A DNA stretch of 64,000 nucleotides from a bacterium (GCA_963662285.2 CAXXMV010000004.1:1-64000), one strand, 5' to 3'; positions 1-9,940 are shown, numbered from the stretch's first letter. Made by a program: numbers and translations. The notes: generated from the sequence alone by a model not told the origin.

Positions 1-297
1 GACGCCAATCTCCATAAGTTCCTTAATCGCTGCCGGCCCTTGAGTGACTATCAAGTTTACTGCATCGGGGTGGCATAATCCGGCGCCAGCTTGATGAGTG
101 TCGATGATGTGTGATTCAAAGGTATCGTTTTGATCAAGAACGCTGGCGATGCCGCCTTGAGCGTAATTGGTGTTGGATTCGAAATCCTCTTTTTTGGTGA
201 CCAGGCGAACACTGCCGTGTTCAGCTGCTTTCAACGCAGTCTTAAGACCGGCTACGCCTGATCCGACGATTAAAAAATCACTGTGGAAAACAGTCAT
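1..297 (-). CDS. nadB: L-aspartate oxidase, N-terminal part (runs off the window start)
   Basis: Manual translation from ATG at 297: MTVFHSDFLIVGSGVAGLKTALKAAEHGSVRLVTKKEDFESNTNYAQGGIA. Shows the FAD-binding GxGxAG and the NadB-typical SNT.YAQGGIA. Not in the ORF track because it is truncated. Confidence 0.9.
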   Translation of the reverse strand, partial: MTVFHSDFLIVGSGVAGLKTALKAAEHGSVRLVTKKEDFESNTNYAQGGIASVLDQNDTFESHIIDTHQAGAGLCHPDAVNLIVTQGPAAIKELMEIGV

Positions 298-349
298 GCT
301 GCGCTCCCAGTATTCTATGATAGATACAACGATGGTTAATATTATCGAA

Positions 350-736
350 TTACATCTTCAAGTAATCTTCTTCAGTACGCTCATCAATTTTGACTGGTTG
401 ATTCTTATCATCCACGTAAACGATTTTATGCGTATAAGAAGCTATATCACTTTCATCTATATTATTAAAAGCCACTATCAAAATGGTGTCGCCCTTTTCC
501 ATCAAACGCCCTGCGGCGCCTTTGACCGAGATTATCCCGGAACCTGCGGGCGCGGGTATTGCGTATGTAACCAGCCGCGAACCATTGGTTACGTTATATA
601 TATGAATCTGCTCGCCAAACATAATATCGGCGGCTTCCATCAAGTTTTTATCTATTCCCAAACTTCCAGAGTAATGAATCTCTTTATTAGTGACCTTTAC
701 TTCCTGGATTTTTGATTTCAGCATTATGCGTTGCAT
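350..736 (-). CDS. panD: Aspartate 1-decarboxylase proenzyme
   Basis: MLKSKI start, G24-S25 self-cleavage site (HYSGS), NGSRLVTY and GAAGRL motifs; downstream of panC. Confidence 0.95.
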   Translation of the reverse strand: MQRIMLKSKIQEVKVTNKEIHYSGSLGIDKNLMEAADIMFGEQIHIYNVTNGSRLVTYAIPAPAGSGIISVKGAAGRLMEKGDTILIVAFNNIDESDIASYTHKIVYVDDKNQPVKIDERTEEDYLKM

Positions 737-1593
737 GATTGATTTCCCCCTTGGCCGAATACTAAATTATCAATCAAACGAGTTTTACCCAGATAGATAG
801 CGCCAATATAGAAATTGCCTGATTGGACAATGTCAACGGGTTTAAATGTATTTTGCTCCACGATTCCAAGATAGTCCAGCCGAACTCCCTCAATTTGTTG
901 AATTTGTTGCTTTCCTTGGGTAATAATATCAGCTGCATGGCGTCTTTCGGCTTTATATTGTTGCATACCAAGCACTAGCGTATCATGCAATACCAGCGCT
1001 TTGTTTCTTTCTTCAAGAGTTAAATATACATTACGGGACGACATGGCCAAGCCATCCGGCTCGCGAATTATGGGGCACACTACAATCTCAACCGGAAAAC
1101 GAAAGTCATTGGTCATGGAGCGGATGACCACCGATTGCTGTGCATCCTTACGACCCAAGTAAACTTTATCAGGCCTAACCAGATTAAACAAGATCGCAAC
1201 AATAGTGCAAACCCCCCGGAAGTGTCCTGGACGGGCATTGCCGCACCATCCCTGGCTGGCAGCTGGCGGTTCGATATAAGTAGAGAAACCTTCAGGATAA
1301 ATATCTTGATCAGACGGTGTGATAACATAATCCACGCCTTCCGCCTCCAGCAAAGCCAGATCGCGTTTTTCATCACGTGGATAATGCTCAAAATCCTCGC
1401 CGGGGACGAACTGTGTGGGATTAACGTAGATCGAAACAACCACCAGATCATTCTGTTCTCTTGCCTTGCGCATCAAAGAAAGATGACCCTGGTGGAGATA
1501 ACCCATGGTGGGGACGAAACCTATGCTTTTATTGTCAAATAATGATTCTGACCTTATATTAAGCCATTTGGTTATACTACCAACTACCTGCAA
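724..1593 (-). CDS. panC: Pantoate--beta-alanine ligase
   Basis: GFVPTMGYLHQGH, RPGHFRGV, GLAMSSRN and RLIDN motifs. Start moved to TTG at 1593, which has GGAGG just upstream; the ORF-track extension runs through a repeat element. Confidence 0.95.
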   Translation of the reverse strand: MQVVGSITKWLNIRSESLFDNKSIGFVPTMGYLHQGHLSLMRKAREQNDLVVVSIYVNPTQFVPGEDFEHYPRDEKRDLALLEAEGVDYVITPSDQDIYPEGFSTYIEPPAASQGWCGNARPGHFRGVCTIVAILFNLVRPDKVYLGRKDAQQSVVIRSMTNDFRFPVEIVVCPIIREPDGLAMSSRNVYLTLEERNKALVLHDTLVLGMQQYKAERRHAADIITQGKQQIQQIEGVRLDYLGIVEQNTFKPVDIVQSGNFYIGAIYLGKTRLIDNLVFGQGGNQSCNA

Positions 1594-1630
1594 TTGTTGC
1601 CTCCAAGTCCCCTCTCCCGCCGGGAGAGGG

Positions 1631-2533
1631 CTAGGGTGAGGGCGCATTACCCACAATCCCTATCCACGATTGGGCTTGCATGAATGGGGAATCAATATGT
1701 TCCATCTCTTCAAGCACCGCATCATCTAAGGTGTAACTTTCTTCCAAGGTTGGGAAATTGCCATTCTTCACCGACTGGCAGTATTTCTCAAAGGCTTCAA
1801 CTGACATATCACCCATCTGGGCGAAACGCCGTACGAAATGTGGTTGAAATGAGGTGAAAAGCCCCAGCATATCAGCGTAAACCAATACCTGACCGTCGCA
1901 ATGCGGTCCGGCGCCGATGCCGATAGTAGGGATTTTGATGGCTTCGGTGATAAGTTGCGCCGCCTGCCAGGGGATAGCTTCGATCACAATAGAAAAAGCG
2001 CCCGCTTTTTCCAAAGCTCTGGCATCGTTCACTAACTGTTCTATCGCGGCGACGCTTTTACCCTGAACCTTATGTCCGCCCAGCAGTTTGCTGGATTGCG
2101 GCTCCAGACCGACATGCCCCATTACCGGGATGCCCGCTGATACCATTTTTTCTATGGCTGGAACCGTCTTGCTGCCGCCTTCCAGTTTAACTGCATCTGC
2201 GCCGCCTTCTTTTAAGAGGCGGCCAGCATTTCTCGCCGCTTCTTCAGGATTAATCTGATAAGAAAGGAAAGGCATATCCGCCACAACCAGCGCACGCTGC
2301 GCCGCCCGTTTAACCGGACGGGTATGATATATGATCTCTTCGAGAGTGACTGGTATTGTTGATTCATGACCCTGAACAACCATGCCCAGAGAGTCGCCTA
2401 CCAGCAGAACATCCACTCCCGCCTGATCCATCAATAAGGCGAAGGTATAATCATAAGCGGTAAGCATTGCTATTTTATCGCCATGCTTCTTCATGTTTTT
2501 CAGAGCTGGCGCCGTCACCCGTTTTTTTACCAT
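1631..2533 (-). CDS. panB: 3-methyl-2-oxobutanoate hydroxymethyltransferase
   Basis: MLTAYD, LLVGDSLGMV, VKLEGG and IGIGAG..CDGQVLV motifs. Confidence 0.96.
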   Translation of the reverse strand: MVKKRVTAPALKNMKKHGDKIAMLTAYDYTFALLMDQAGVDVLLVGDSLGMVVQGHESTIPVTLEEIIYHTRPVKRAAQRALVVADMPFLSYQINPEEAARNAGRLLKEGGADAVKLEGGSKTVPAIEKMVSAGIPVMGHVGLEPQSSKLLGGHKVQGKSVAAIEQLVNDARALEKAGAFSIVIEAIPWQAAQLITEAIKIPTIGIGAGPHCDGQVLVYADMLGLFTSFQPHFVRRFAQMGDMSVEAFEKYCQSVKNGNFPTLEESYTLDDAVLEEMEHIDSPFMQAQSWIGIVGNAPSP

Positions 2534-2556
2534 GATACTATCTCCAAATATTGTTA

Positions 2557-3225
2557 TTACGCCAGAACTCCATTACTGGCCTGGGAGAAATAATTTTCTT
2601 CGAAATCGATGATTTCCTGGAAATTATTGAATGGTTTATGCGCGATACCGTTTTCCCGGCAATAATCAAGCAGGTTCAGTTTAGCATAGACGAAATCGCA
2701 TTTTCCCGCTGCGCAGGAATCGGATACGCCGTCTCCGATATATATCCGCCGGTAACCATTCGATTCTCGAACATGCTGGCATTTGCAATGCGCCATGTCA
2801 CGTTCGCAATCTTCCTTATATAAAGGAAATTCTACTTGAATTCCTTGATTCGTCCATGTCATTTGATTGCTGAAATAGGGGATAAAATCCAATCCTTCCT
2901 GTTTTAACAATAAATCAATGTAAAATTGATAGCCATCGGATAAGATCAGCAGAGGAGATTTTTGTTGCTGCGCCCATTCCACAAAGTTATGAAAGGTGGG
3001 ATCAATGCCGATGTCACGCACTATATCATGCGCTTCATCTTCAGATAAAGTCACTGATTTGGCAAGCAATAGGTTGCATTCCCGTGATGATATCTCATCA
3101 CTGATATATGAATCGATTATTTCACGCCAGCCGCTTGGATTGCTGGCTATCAGTAATGTATTCCAGACATCGCGTTTAGAAATAGTATGGTCGAAATCAA
3201 CGAAATACCGTGTTTTGGGTTTCAT
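2557..3225 (-). CDS. MtnX-like HAD-IB family phosphatase
   Basis: DFDHTIS (HAD motif I), LSDG, HCKC and YIGDGVSD (motif IV). Confidence 0.8.
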   Translation of the reverse strand: MKPKTRYFVDFDHTISKRDVWNTLLIASNPSGWREIIDSYISDEISSRECNLLLAKSVTLSEDEAHDIVRDIGIDPTFHNFVEWAQQQKSPLLILSDGYQFYIDLLLKQEGLDFIPYFSNQMTWTNQGIQVEFPLYKEDCERDMAHCKCQHVRESNGYRRIYIGDGVSDSCAAGKCDFVYAKLNLLDYCRENGIAHKPFNNFQEIIDFEENYFSQASNGVLA

Positions 3226-3432
3226 TTCATATCCATCATAAAAAATTGTTTACTTTCAATTGATCAAATCGTTTATAAATTATCGGAAAAATAACGATTT
3301 TGTTATTGTAGCCCGTATATTATGATATGTGGATAAGCGTAAAACTTAATCCGCAGACAAAATCTGGAAATCTGGTTCAAGCGGCAATTGAGAGATACAA
3401 TGTTACAATATAAATAGTGTTTGAACTTTTTT

Positions 3433-3541
3433 GAGTCGTTTTCATAATAATGTTCTGATTGGCGATTCGAAAAAGCCAGAAAAGACTGGCTTTTTCGAAG
3501 ACCAAAGGTGATAATAAACGAACATAATTTTGTTAATCGCT
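3433..3541. repeat. ~110-bp dispersed element with internal hairpin; inverted copy at 51540-51657
   Basis: GAGTCGTTTTCATAATAATGTTCTGATTGGCGA-TTCGAAAAAGCCAG-AAAAGA-CTGGCTTTTTCGAA-GACCAAAGGTGATAATAAACGAACATAATTTTG matches the reverse complement of the sequence at ~51540-51657. Confidence 0.85.
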
Positions 3542-3570
3542 CTATCCATAATTCAACAAGGAGTAACGTT

Positions 3571-4188
3571 TTGAATTTCTCACACGGAAATCCCGGTCGC
3601 ATTCAGGCGACTACAATTCTTGCCGTCCGCAAAGGCGATGAAGTAGTAATTGCGGGCGATGGTCAGGTAACGCTTGGCGATACCATCATGAAACAATCAG
3701 CGCGGAAAGTGCGCACTATGTTTGATGGAGAGATTCTGGCCGGATTCGCAGGTACATCCGCTGATGCCTTTACTCTTTTCGAGAAATTTGAAACGAAACT
3801 GGATGAATACAAAGGCAACCTGACCCGCTCGGCTGTCGAACTGGCCAAAGACTGGCGCACCGATAAAATGCTGCGTCACCTTGAAGCATTGCTGATCGTT
3901 TGCGACGAAAAAACCACCCTGGTTATCTCCGGAACTGGAGACGTGATTGAACCGGACGACGGCGTTATCGCTATCGGATCGGGCGGACCCTACGCCCAGG
4001 CCGCAGCGCAGGCCTTGCTGCGTTTCTCTGATTTACCCCTGAAAGATATTGTCGTAGAGGCTATGAAGATCACTTCCGAAATCTGCATCTATACCAACAG
4101 CAATATTTTGTTGGAATATCTTCCTCAAGATGAAGAAGATGATGATAATGAATCCAACGGCAAAAACAATAAAAAAGCAAAAAAATAA
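3571..4188 (+). CDS. hslV: ATP-dependent protease peptidase subunit HslV (ClpQ)
   Basis: TTILAV catalytic Thr, AGDGQVT, GFAG, IGSGG. Likely TTG start at 3571 after AAGGAG, giving a short propeptide. Confidence 0.96.
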   Translation: MNFSHGNPGRIQATTILAVRKGDEVVIAGDGQVTLGDTIMKQSARKVRTMFDGEILAGFAGTSADAFTLFEKFETKLDEYKGNLTRSAVELAKDWRTDKMLRHLEALLIVCDEKTTLVISGTGDVIEPDDGVIAIGSGGPYAQAAAQALLRFSDLPLKDIVVEAMKITSEICIYTNSNILLEYLPQDEEDDDNESNGKNNKKAKK

Positions 4189-4215
4189 TCGTAATAATTA
4201 ATGAATCGAGGAATC

Positions 4216-5634
4216 ATGACTGAACCAACAAATCCTTCGTCTTCCACACTGCTTTTATCAACCACTGTGCCTGGACTAACCCCTAAACAAATCGTCCAGG
4301 AACTGGATAAATATATCATCGGCCAGGATGACGCCAAAAAATCCGTCGCTATCGCTCTACGCAACCGCTCGCGCCGGCGTATCCTGGATCAGGAAATGCA
4401 GGATGAAATCCACCCCAAGAACATTATCATGATAGGTTCTACCGGAGTGGGGAAAACTGAAATCGCCCGGCGGCTGGCCAAACTGGAAGACGCCCCATTC
4501 ATAAAGGTGGAAGCATCCAAGTTCACCGAAGTGGGCTATGTCGGCCGCGATGTGGAGTCCATCATTCGCGATCTGGTGGAAATTTCCGTAACCAAAGAGC
4601 GCACCCAAAAAACCAGGGAATGTCATACTGCTGCCGAGCAAGCGGCGGAAGACCGGCTGCTCAATCTGCTGGTTCCTCACAATGTGGCCCGTACGGTTAG
4701 CGATATCGATTCAATTCAAAACCCGGATCATCAAGACGCTGAATCGAGACTCGAAACCACCCGCGAACGCTTCAGAACCATGCTGCGCGAAGGGAAACTG
4801 GAAGACCGCATTGTCGAACCCGAAGTCACCGAAAGTTCTTCCAATGTCGTGGTGGGCGTCCCTCCCGGAATTGGACTCGAAGAGATTGGCATCGACCTCA
4901 AAGACATGGTTGAGAAAATGATGCCGACCCGCAAAAAACGTAAACAGATGAAAATCTCTGACGCCCGGCCTATCATCGAACAGGAAGAAGCAGAGCGCCT
5001 GATCGATATGGATCAAATCGTCAGTGAAGCAATTTCTCGCGTTGAGCAATCCGGCATCGTCTTCCTAGATGAAATCGATAAAATCGTGGGACGCGACGGC
5101 AATTCTGGTCCGGATGTATCCCGCTCAGGAGTGCAACGCGACATCCTGCCGCTGATCGAAGGCTCCACCGTCTTCACCAAGTACGGCATGATAAAGACCG
5201 ACCATATCCTCTTCATCGCCGCTGGCGCCTTTCATGGAACCAGCCCGTCTGACTTGATCCCTGAATTGCAGGGACGCTTCCCCATCCGTGTGGAACTGGA
5301 CGATCTGGATGAAGATGACTTTCAGCGCATCCTTACCGAACCGAAAAATTCTCTTCTGCGTCAATACAGCGCTTTGTTGAGCACCGAAAAAGTAACCATT
5401 GATTTCAAAGAAGACGGTATCAAAGAGATGGCCCGGATGGCCGCTCATATCAATGACGAAATGGAAAACATCGGCGCCCGGCGCCTGCATACCATCATGG
5501 AAACCTTGCTCGAAGATATCCTCTTCGAGGCGCCGGAAAAACCGGGTGAGACCATCGTGGTAGACGAAAAATTCGTGCAGGATAAATTAGGCGATATCAT
5601 CGAAGACACCGATCTGTCGAGGTATATTCTGTAG
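4216..5634 (+). CDS. hslU: ATP-dependent protease ATPase subunit HslU (ClpY)
   Basis: GSTGVGKTE Walker A, KFTEVGYVGRDVES, FLDEIDK, ENIGARRL and C-terminal DLSRYIL. Start is 4216 (GAGGA upstream) or 4201. Confidence 0.97.
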   Translation: MTEPTNPSSSTLLLSTTVPGLTPKQIVQELDKYIIGQDDAKKSVAIALRNRSRRRILDQEMQDEIHPKNIIMIGSTGVGKTEIARRLAKLEDAPFIKVEASKFTEVGYVGRDVESIIRDLVEISVTKERTQKTRECHTAAEQAAEDRLLNLLVPHNVARTVSDIDSIQNPDHQDAESRLETTRERFRTMLREGKLEDRIVEPEVTESSSNVVVGVPPGIGLEEIGIDLKDMVEKMMPTRKKRKQMKISDARPIIEQEEAERLIDMDQIVSEAISRVEQSGIVFLDEIDKIVGRDGNSGPDVSRSGVQRDILPLIEGSTVFTKYGMIKTDHILFIAAGAFHGTSPSDLIPELQGRFPIRVELDDLDEDDFQRILTEPKNSLLRQYSALLSTEKVTIDFKEDGIKEMARMAAHINDEMENIGARRLHTIMETLLEDILFEAPEKPGETIVVDEKFVQDKLGDIIEDTDLSRYIL

Positions 5635-5716
5635 GATTATCATTATCAAGCAACGATGATTAGAGTAAGTCTGATAGAATAAAGTTGTAGAGAACAAACC
5701 CCTCTCCCCCAAACTT

Positions 5717-7223
5717 TGTACAGACCGGGTAGATGGGTAACACATGTTCGGGGACATGGGTTACAGTTTTTTATCAAAACCGGGATTTATCCCAGGTTAT
5801 TGTTTGAGTTTTTTTTTAGGCATCTAGAGATGCTCAGGATAATTGGTTGGCTTAGAGGGAGGAGGTGAATATTTCACCTCCTGCATTATCCCTCGCACCT
5901 CGGATCGGCTATCCCTGGCGGGTTGCACTCCTGCAGCGCCCGCTTCCGTTTCGCCCAACCAATTTCTATTGTGACGCCTTTTTCTGGATTGCCAAGTTAT
6001 CTTCTTTGATTTCATTCAAACGCAGATCGAGCGTCTTGATTTTTTGTCGGCAAAAATATACGTCCATCATCCCATCGGTCATAGCGGGTTTCAAGGCAAC
6101 CGGGCATCCTACCAGGGCGCGGCTCACCCGGTAATCTTCACCACGGTACGCCACCCGACCTCCTTGTTGCACCTTCCTGATAATGCTGCCCGGCGCGTAC
6201 TCGATATCCGGCAAACTTCCCGGATAAACAAAAGGACTGGACGTATAATGGTTAGCCGGGACATCCATATCCAGGGCTTCGTGAGGACGCTCAAAATTGT
6301 ATTCATAACGCCACTCATCAAACCGCCTTTGGCAATATTCCAAATCCACAAACGATTCCCTTATCAGCAATTCTTGCTTAAAGGTCCGGTGAAATCGCTC
6401 GACCTTGCCTTGGGTTTGCGGATGGTAGGGGCGACCGTGATACACGCGAATACCCAATCGTATCAGCCATATTGTCAATCTGGTGTATTCGCAGGTTTTG
6501 CATCCTCCCCACGGACTTCCGTTATCCATCAACATCGCCCGAGGCATACCATACATCCTGAACACGCTTTCCAGGGAGTCTTGCACGGTTTCCCTTTGCT
6601 GATTGGCGCACGAAAATAATCCGGGAACAAAGCGCGTGCAATCATCCAGAATGCTGAGCGGATAACAGCGTGCTTTGAGCGTGGGAAAATCTCCTTTGAA
6701 ATCCATTTGCCACAATTCGTTGGGCGTATCTTTTTCAAAACGCTTATAGGCTTTGTGCTTGTGACTTTCCTTTTCATCCAGCAATCCCAGTCGGCGTAAC
6801 ACGGCAGTAATAGTGCTGGCGCTAGGAACATTTTCGTATCCCAATTGAATCAGACGAGAGCGAATTTTGCGTCCTCCCCATCCTTTTTCGCGATTTTCTG
6901 TAATGGCTTGCTCGATAGACTTATCTGTTTGATGAGGGCAAGTATTGGGTTTTTTGGAACGGTCTTGGAGATTTTCGCCTCCTCCTTCTTTGTACCGTTT
7001 GATCCATTTGTAACCCGTCTTACGGCTGATATCAAACCGTTTACATAATTGGCTGATGTTGCTTTCTTCTTGCTGGCTCAACAATACGAATTCTTTTCTC
7101 AGAGACATAAGGTCCACCTCGTTCCAGGGCATATTCTTCGCCTCCTTTCAAGGCTAGAATACACTCAGAAAATGTGTTACCTATGTCCCCGAACACCTGT
7201 TACCCATGTCCCAGGCCTTTACA
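5717..7223 (-). mobile_element. IS481-family insertion sequence, 1507 bp, 5-bp TSD AACTT
   Basis: Ends TGTA...TACA with ~50-bp imperfect inverted repeats (ATGGGTAACA..TGTTCGGGGACAT.GGT.ACA). AACTT occurs at 5712-5716 and 7224-7228. Confidence 0.9.
5966..7132 (-). CDS. IS481-family DDE transposase (HTH + rve integrase core)
   Basis: MPWNE start, ISRKTGYKW HTH, WQMDFKG, DNG and PQTQGKVERFHRT motifs. Confidence 0.95.
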   Translation of the reverse strand: MPWNEVDLMSLRKEFVLLSQQEESNISQLCKRFDISRKTGYKWIKRYKEGGGENLQDRSKKPNTCPHQTDKSIEQAITENREKGWGGRKIRSRLIQLGYENVPSASTITAVLRRLGLLDEKESHKHKAYKRFEKDTPNELWQMDFKGDFPTLKARCYPLSILDDCTRFVPGLFSCANQQRETVQDSLESVFRMYGMPRAMLMDNGSPWGGCKTCEYTRLTIWLIRLGIRVYHGRPYHPQTQGKVERFHRTFKQELLIRESFVDLEYCQRRFDEWRYEYNFERPHEALDMDVPANHYTSSPFVYPGSLPDIEYAPGSIIRKVQQGGRVAYRGEDYRVSRALVGCPVALKPAMTDGMMDVYFCRQKIKTLDLRLNEIKEDNLAIQKKASQ

Positions 7224-7392
7224 AACTTTGGGGAGAGGGGTTTTGAGATATCACAAGTTTTATTGCTTTGGCTTTGTTTTATGAAAAACTGTTGGCTAAA
7301 ATTCCTCTCCCAAGATTGGGAGAGGTCAGGAGAGGATTGATAACAACCACTTTTTTTTATTCTTACAGTTAGTCTTTGAAAACTACTCGTAT

Positions 7393-8184
7393 CTATTCTT
7401 CAAATTTCCTGGCTCGATCAAAGAAGAAGCGCATTCCTTCCATTTCACGCGTTCCGGGATGGTAATAAATACACCTGGTATAATAATCCTTAAAGAAATC
7501 AACTGATAAAGAGGATTTCCTGGAGCAACGCTCAGAAATTTCATCCAGGTTGTCTAAACCACTCTGCGCCGCATCATTAAAAGGCGCAGCTAGTTCTTCA
7601 GGATTCAATCCGGCTCTGGTTATCCACAATGCATAGACGAACGACAGACCGCAATAATCCCTCCAGATTTCTCCCAGATCAAAGTTCAGCAATCCATCTT
7701 TGCTAAACTCCAAAGTTGGATCGCCGATAGAGAAGACGGCGTCTGCGATTTTCAAGCCATCTTCTATCGGTGGAGTGTAGGAGAGAAAATCAGGTGTATG
7801 CTCCCAGAACTCATCATATAAGATGCGGATCATGGCGGCGGAACTGAGCGAACTCTTATCCAGCGCCAGCGTTTCAATCTTTTTGGGAGGTTTTTTACTG
7901 AACATGCAAACGCTGCGCACCGGGCCATCACTGCATATCCCCAATCCGGGGATATGGCTATATTCTGGATGGCGCATCAGTTCAATCGATGAAACCATCG
8001 CTACATCCAATTCGCCTCTGCTTAGTTTACCGGCTAAAGAAGAGGGGACGTCATAAATGATTGACGCCCCAGGTAGACATTGCTTAAGATTATATTCGAG
8101 GGGCCGCACGTTCGTATAAGGAACAACGCCGACTCGCAAAGAAGATATATCAACCAAAATATTCCCTATATATTTATTAACCAA
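7393..8184 (-). CDS. mqnA: Chorismate dehydratase (futalosine menaquinone pathway)
   Basis: VPYTNVRPL, GPVRSV and DLGEIW...GLSFVYALW motifs; mqnC is nearby. Exact start uncertain. Confidence 0.88.
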   Translation of the reverse strand: MVNKYIGNILVDISSLRVGVVPYTNVRPLEYNLKQCLPGASIIYDVPSSLAGKLSRGELDVAMVSSIELMRHPEYSHIPGLGICSDGPVRSVCMFSKKPPKKIETLALDKSSLSSAAMIRILYDEFWEHTPDFLSYTPPIEDGLKIADAVFSIGDPTLEFSKDGLLNFDLGEIWRDYCGLSFVYALWITRAGLNPEELAAPFNDAAQSGLDNLDEISERCSRKSSLSVDFFKDYYTRCIYYHPGTREMEGMRFFFDRARKFEE

Positions 8185-8189
8185 CCATT

Positions 8190-9779
8190 CTAATGCAAGT
8201 CGATCAACTTAATATCTTTCACCAGATTTAATTCGCGCAATTCTTCCAGAACGGCATCAGATACCGGCGCATCCACATTACAAACAGTTACAGCGTATCC
8301 ACCGCGTGATTCACGTCCTAACGACATATCAGCAATATTGATTGCGGCCTTGCCCAGGACAGTGCATACATGACCGATAACGCCCGGTTCATCCACATTT
8401 TTGAAGAACAATACATTGCCATAAGGCTTGGCTTCGATACGGAATCCATCAACCTGAACGAAGCGCGAGTCATCCGCAAAGGTGGTGCCGCTGACTGACA
8501 TCGATTCCTCGCCAGCAGTCAATTTTACTGTGATTAAATTAGTATAATCAGCCGTTTTGGATGTCTTGCTTTCCGTATATTCAATGTTGCGTTGTTTGGC
8601 CAAGATGGGAGCATTAACGAAATTAACCGTTTCCGTCATTACCGGTTGCAGCAATCCTTTGAGCACCGACAGGGTCAGCAGGGAAGGGTCATGGTTTGAA
8701 ATCGGACCGGAATAGGTAACTTCAAGTTTATCTGGATGTTTGCCCAGATATTGGATAGCGAACATCCCCAGTTTAACCGCCAATGGAAGATATGGTCCCA
8801 ATGCGGTTCTGACTTCCGGCGGGATGGCAGGAATATTGACCGCGTTACGGACTTCGCCGCCTAACAATGTATCCAGGACATTGCGGCCAATGTCGATAGC
8901 AACGTTAACCTGGGCTTCTTCGGTTGAAGCGCCCAGGTGAGGCGTACAAATGCAATCTTCACGCACTACCAGTGGATGGTCTGCAGAAGGGGGTTCTTCT
9001 TCGTATACGTCAAGCGCCGCGCCGGCGCATTTTCCGCTTTCCAGAGCGCGAAGCAAGGCTGCTTCCTCTATGATGCCGCCGCGGGCGACATTGATGACCC
9101 TGACGCCTTTTTTCATTTTGGCGAAAGCCTGATCATCAAACAGATGGGCGGTATCTTTCGATTTGGGAGTATGAACCGTGATGTAGTCTGAGCGTGCATA
9201 CAGTTCATCCAGAGTAACCGGCTCAAGCCCCATATTTTCGATGCGTTCATCAGAAGCATAGGGATCAAAACCAAGCACCTTCATACCAAAAGATTTGGCG
9301 CGTTCAGCAACAATGCTGCCGATGCGTCCCAGACCGACTATGCCCAGCGTCTTGCCCAGTAATTCGGTTCCCGTGTATTTTTTACGATCCCACCGGCCTT
9401 CGCGTAGTGAGATGTAAGCGGCTGGAATGTTGCGGGATAAACTCATCAACATCGCCCAGGTATGCTCCGCCGTGGAGATCGTGTTGCCGCCCGGCGTATT
9501 CATAACGATAACGCCGCGTTTGGTCGCCGCTTCGATATCCACGTTATCCAGACCAACCCCGGCCCGGCCAACCACTTTCAGCTTGTCGGCGCGTTCCAAA
9601 ACCTCTTTGGTCACCTGGGTTCCGCTGCGGATAACCAGGGCGTCATACTGCCCGATTATTTCCTGCAGCTCTTCCGGTGAAAGTTTAGTCTTCACATCAA
9701 CATGGACCTTGTCATGACTCTGAAGGATATCTATACCTTCCTGTGCGAGCGGATCACTTATCAATACTCGAAACGACAT
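8190..9779 (-). CDS. serA: D-3-phosphoglycerate dehydrogenase with ASB/ACT domains
   Basis: GRAGVGLDNVD, GLGRIG, INVARGG and TPHLGAST motifs, plus C-terminal ACT (DEPGVIG..INIA). Start set at ATG 9779 (MSFRVLISD) with GAGGA RBS. Confidence 0.95.
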   Translation of the reverse strand: MSFRVLISDPLAQEGIDILQSHDKVHVDVKTKLSPEELQEIIGQYDALVIRSGTQVTKEVLERADKLKVVGRAGVGLDNVDIEAATKRGVIVMNTPGGNTISTAEHTWAMLMSLSRNIPAAYISLREGRWDRKKYTGTELLGKTLGIVGLGRIGSIVAERAKSFGMKVLGFDPYASDERIENMGLEPVTLDELYARSDYITVHTPKSKDTAHLFDDQAFAKMKKGVRVINVARGGIIEEAALLRALESGKCAGAALDVYEEEPPSADHPLVVREDCICTPHLGASTEEAQVNVAIDIGRNVLDTLLGGEVRNAVNIPAIPPEVRTALGPYLPLAVKLGMFAIQYLGKHPDKLEVTYSGPISNHDPSLLTLSVLKGLLQPVMTETVNFVNAPILAKQRNIEYTESKTSKTADYTNLITVKLTAGEESMSVSGTTFADDSRFVQVDGFRIEAKPYGNVLFFKNVDEPGVIGHVCTVLGKAAINIADMSLGRESRGGYAVTVCNVDAPVSDAVLEELRELNLVKDIKLIDLH

Positions 9780-9940
9780 GTTAATAATCCTCACTGACAC
9801 CATGAGCCGCAACATATACGAATATCCGTAAATATAAGGCCATGTGTGTGTATTGAAATGGCGACCCCATCGCAGCACAACGCTTCATCAATGTTTCCTG
9901 ATTATGCATCACGACAACGAAAGAATCGATTTTGTTTAAC

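Noticed and set aside
167-715. 182-aa plus-strand ORF and similar short antisense ORFs across the window
   Set aside because: Antisense to well-supported genes (nadB/panD and others), with no motifs of their own.
3328-3336. Perfect DnaA box TGTGGATAA as oriC
   Set aside because: A single box with no cluster and no dnaA/dnaN context.
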